Shown: in pieces, positions 61,885-64,000 of the stretch
How positions within the stretch are numbered: the first letter of the stretch is position 1
Layout of the letters: each line of letters starts with the position of its first letter
From: a bacterium
Lineage (GTDB): Bacteria > Acidobacteriota > Thermoanaerobaculia > Thermoanaerobaculales > Sulfomarinibacteraceae
Direction of reading: 5' to 3'
NCBI GenBank assembly: GCA_024229275.1
Contig: JAAESQ010000672.1
Span: forward strand, 163 to 64,162
DNA length: 64,000 bases
Notes under the pieces: model-generated
What the model saw: only the letters and a program-made list of their open reading frames with translations
Database searches by the model: none
What the model was told of the DNA's origin: nothing
Program-made: the position numbers and the translations under genes

Positions 61885-62455
61885 GAGTTGTTACCCCCTC
61901 GGGATAGCCCACGTAACCTATCTCTACGGAGTCGTAGTGAACCTCTCGCAGGATGAAGGTCTGTTTGTCTCTACTGTCGTTCATCACATCGCCGATAACG
62001 GCAATTTCGATTTCCTCACCGTTGCGAAACACCGCCACACGAGACCGGTCGGGTCCCAGGTACCCCAGGTAGAGACGATCGAACTTTGGCGGCGGCATCG
62101 GGAGTTTCTTGCCGTTGTGGTTGATCGTCCGTGGTGTCGGAGTGGGCAAAATGGATCGAGTCGGCACCGGCGGGCGCGTCGGGCGCGGTGTTAGATTCGG
62201 GGTTGGCGTCGGTGGTGGACCGTACGCGAAGGGATTCCTGTCCGATTCAGTGAGGTCTGCAACGGGAGTACCGAGCAGCAACGGCAACAACTCCGGGACC
62301 TCTCGCGAGTCATAGGTGACCAATTCACCTCGGCCCTGCCCCGACGCTGTATCTCCTCGACGCATAATTCTCACACCAGCCCACAACACGAGAACGCCGA
62401 TCAGCAAACCTATCAGCACCAACGTTCGCCGCGGAAGCTTTTGTACTCTAGCCAT
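61862..62455 (-). CDS. Membrane-anchored Pro/Thr-rich assembly protein (PilP-like position)
   Basis: N-terminal TM, RNPF motif, PT-rich linker, operon position. Confidence 0.6.
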   Translation of the reverse strand: MARVQKLPRRTLVLIGLLIGVLVLWAGVRIMRRGDTASGQGRGELVTYDSREVPELLPLLLGTPVADLTESDRNPFAYGPPPTPTPNLTPRPTRPPVPTRSILPTPTPRTINHNGKKLPMPPPKFDRLYLGYLGPDRSRVAVFRNGEEIEIAVIGDVMNDSRDKQTFILREVHYDSVEIGYVGYPEGVTTREALAEK

Positions 62456-63056
62456 CCAGGTCTCCCGCTGCGATTCGAGCCATCATTTCCTGGTCCACTT
62501 GAGAGAGGTAGGTGGATATCACTATCGAGATCCGGAGATCGTTCGTTGCCAGTTCTTCGTCGCCGGCAAAGCTTATTCTCTCAACGATCAGAAACTCCGG
62601 GCTCCCCTGCAGTGCACCAAGCATCTTCTGAATCTGATCGTAGCGTCCGTTGATGGCGAACGTCACTTGGAACTTAGTCAGGCGAACATTCTCAAGCTCT
62701 TCCGCCGAGTATGCGAACCTATCCGGCAGCAACCCGGCGCTGCGGGTTGCAGATCCAACCGCACGAAGGATACGAGTGAGCCGCTCACCAAGATCGCCGA
62801 ACACATTGTCTCGGAGGTGTTGAAGCTCGGCCTCGACCTTATCGACGGCAACTCTCTGCTCCTCCGTCTCCAGTCGCAGACCACCCAACCGTTCGACCTC
62901 AGAGCGAAGCTCTTCAAGTTGAGATCGAAGCTGACCGGCTCGCCCTAACGATTCAGATGACTGCCAAATGAAAAGACCGATCATGGTGACACACAACCCG
63001 ATTGCCGGAAGCCACAGGGCAACAAGGCGACGCCAGCTCGAGTCTGTGCCCATCAT
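62448..63056 (-). CDS. PilO/GspM-like inner-membrane assembly protein
   Basis: TM, coiled coil, G.YDQI ferredoxin-like C-terminal domain; operon position. Confidence 0.75.
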   Translation of the reverse strand: MMGTDSSWRRLVALWLPAIGLCVTMIGLFIWQSSESLGRAGQLRSQLEELRSEVERLGGLRLETEEQRVAVDKVEAELQHLRDNVFGDLGERLTRILRAVGSATRSAGLLPDRFAYSAEELENVRLTKFQVTFAINGRYDQIQKMLGALQGSPEFLIVERISFAGDEELATNDLRISIVISTYLSQVDQEMMARIAAGDLDG

Positions 63057-63625
63057 GGCCTCTCCTCCCCGGCCAGGTATCGAACTCGCAGCGTGAACTC
63101 GTAGATTCCTCGATCCGACCCCTCCGGCCAGATCTCGTTATTTGGCACAGGATCCGAGAAATCCTGGTTCTCGATCAAGTTCTCCAACAGAAGGAGCATT
63201 GCATCGCGGGATCGGGCCAATCCACTGATCGCAAGCTGAACCTCTGCATCGTTGACAGACGGGGCGATGCGCGTCAACCGAACGTCTCGCGGCAACACTT
63301 CCTCGATGTCACGCAGGAGAACAAGCCATGAAAAACCCTGCTGTCTGAGAACGATATTGAGTTCAGATACCTGCAGCCTGAGCCCTCTCCACGAGACCTG
63401 GTCCAGTTGGCCAACATCAGCTCTCAGCTCCCCCTCGATCACTCTCTGTTCGGCCTCCAACTTCACACGTTCGCTGAGTTTTTCGCCATGCTGTCTGTTC
63501 CCACTCAGGTAGGCGTGGATGTTGAACCCCAGGAAGATCACTGCGAGCGTCAACGCGCCGATCGTGACTAACCAAACGGGGCGCGCATTGAGAAACGGTT
63601 GCGAAGCCAGGTTAGGAATTCTCAT
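63053..63625 (-). CDS. PilN-like assembly protein
   Basis: NLASQPF start, TM, coiled coil, SW..LL..IE..LP.DVRLT. Confidence 0.78.
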   Translation of the reverse strand: MRIPNLASQPFLNARPVWLVTIGALTLAVIFLGFNIHAYLSGNRQHGEKLSERVKLEAEQRVIEGELRADVGQLDQVSWRGLRLQVSELNIVLRQQGFSWLVLLRDIEEVLPRDVRLTRIAPSVNDAEVQLAISGLARSRDAMLLLLENLIENQDFSDPVPNNEIWPEGSDRGIYEFTLRVRYLAGEERP

Positions 63626-64000
63626 TCCGAAGTCTCCTGGCCAACGATCGCTAACGCCGCCGCGCTTCTCACCTTGCCCAGAGCGGCATACCACTCCTCG
63701 TGCTGCAGCGCCACCTGCTCCTCTTCGATCTTTGCGCCTTCGCATTGCAGCCACCAAGAACGGAGTTGCTCTTCGGCATCTTGGCAGCTCAGCGTAACCT
63801 TGATCTGTGCAGGAGAGTTGAGTTCATTCTGGACATAGGACCACATCAGCTGGAGTTCACGTTCGAGATGGGGCCCGGTGAGGCCATCGGTGGGCAGTGG
63901 TTTCATGCGTACCAACAGCGCGCTTCCGCCGACACTGAGTAGAAAAGAAACGAAGGTCTCTTCGGACTGCACATACAGATGCGGGTCGGTCGCGTCGTGA
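63622..64000 (-). CDS. C-terminal part of a PilM/GspL-like protein, truncated by the window edge
   Basis: Open frame to the edge; stop overlaps the pilN-like ATG; operon position only. Confidence 0.45.
   Translation of the reverse strand, partial: HDATDPHLYVQSEETFVSFLLSVGGSALLVRMKPLPTDGLTGPHLERELQLMWSYVQNELNSPAQIKVTLSCQDAEEQLRSWWLQCEGAKIEEEQVALQHEEWYAALGKVRSAAALAIVGQETSE

Overview
64 kb of GC-rich bacterial chromosome with no rRNA, tRNA, CRISPR or transposase that I can recognise. Gene content suggests an anaerobic or facultative, peptide-degrading organism, possibly Acidobacteriota (inference only). In order: proline iminopeptidase, sulfotransferase and DUF1846; a translationally coupled pfaD-pfaA-pfaBC-oleA polyunsaturated fatty acid/polyketide operon that stops without oleBCD; a hidden selenoprotein (exported TPR-like + TlpA/redoxin lipoprotein with an in-frame UGA in a U-G-G-C motif followed directly by a SECIS-like hairpin), split in two by the ORF track; a divergent octaheme HAO-family cytochrome c with an FNR-type class II promoter; a molybdopterin oxidoreductase plus DmsB-DmsC fusion; paired amidohydrolases, FabH, several peptidases and acs; pheA with a complete, apparently leaderless Phe-rich leader-peptide attenuator; korAB with a Rex-like box; rpsF-rpsR-DUF2232-rplI; purM divergent from a eukaryote-like large purL; dut and an M16 peptidase; and a type II secretion/type IV pilus-like operon running off the right edge. 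All protein calls come from motif recognition by eye, and several start codons were moved from the ORF track to the likeliest RBS-supported or coupled start.
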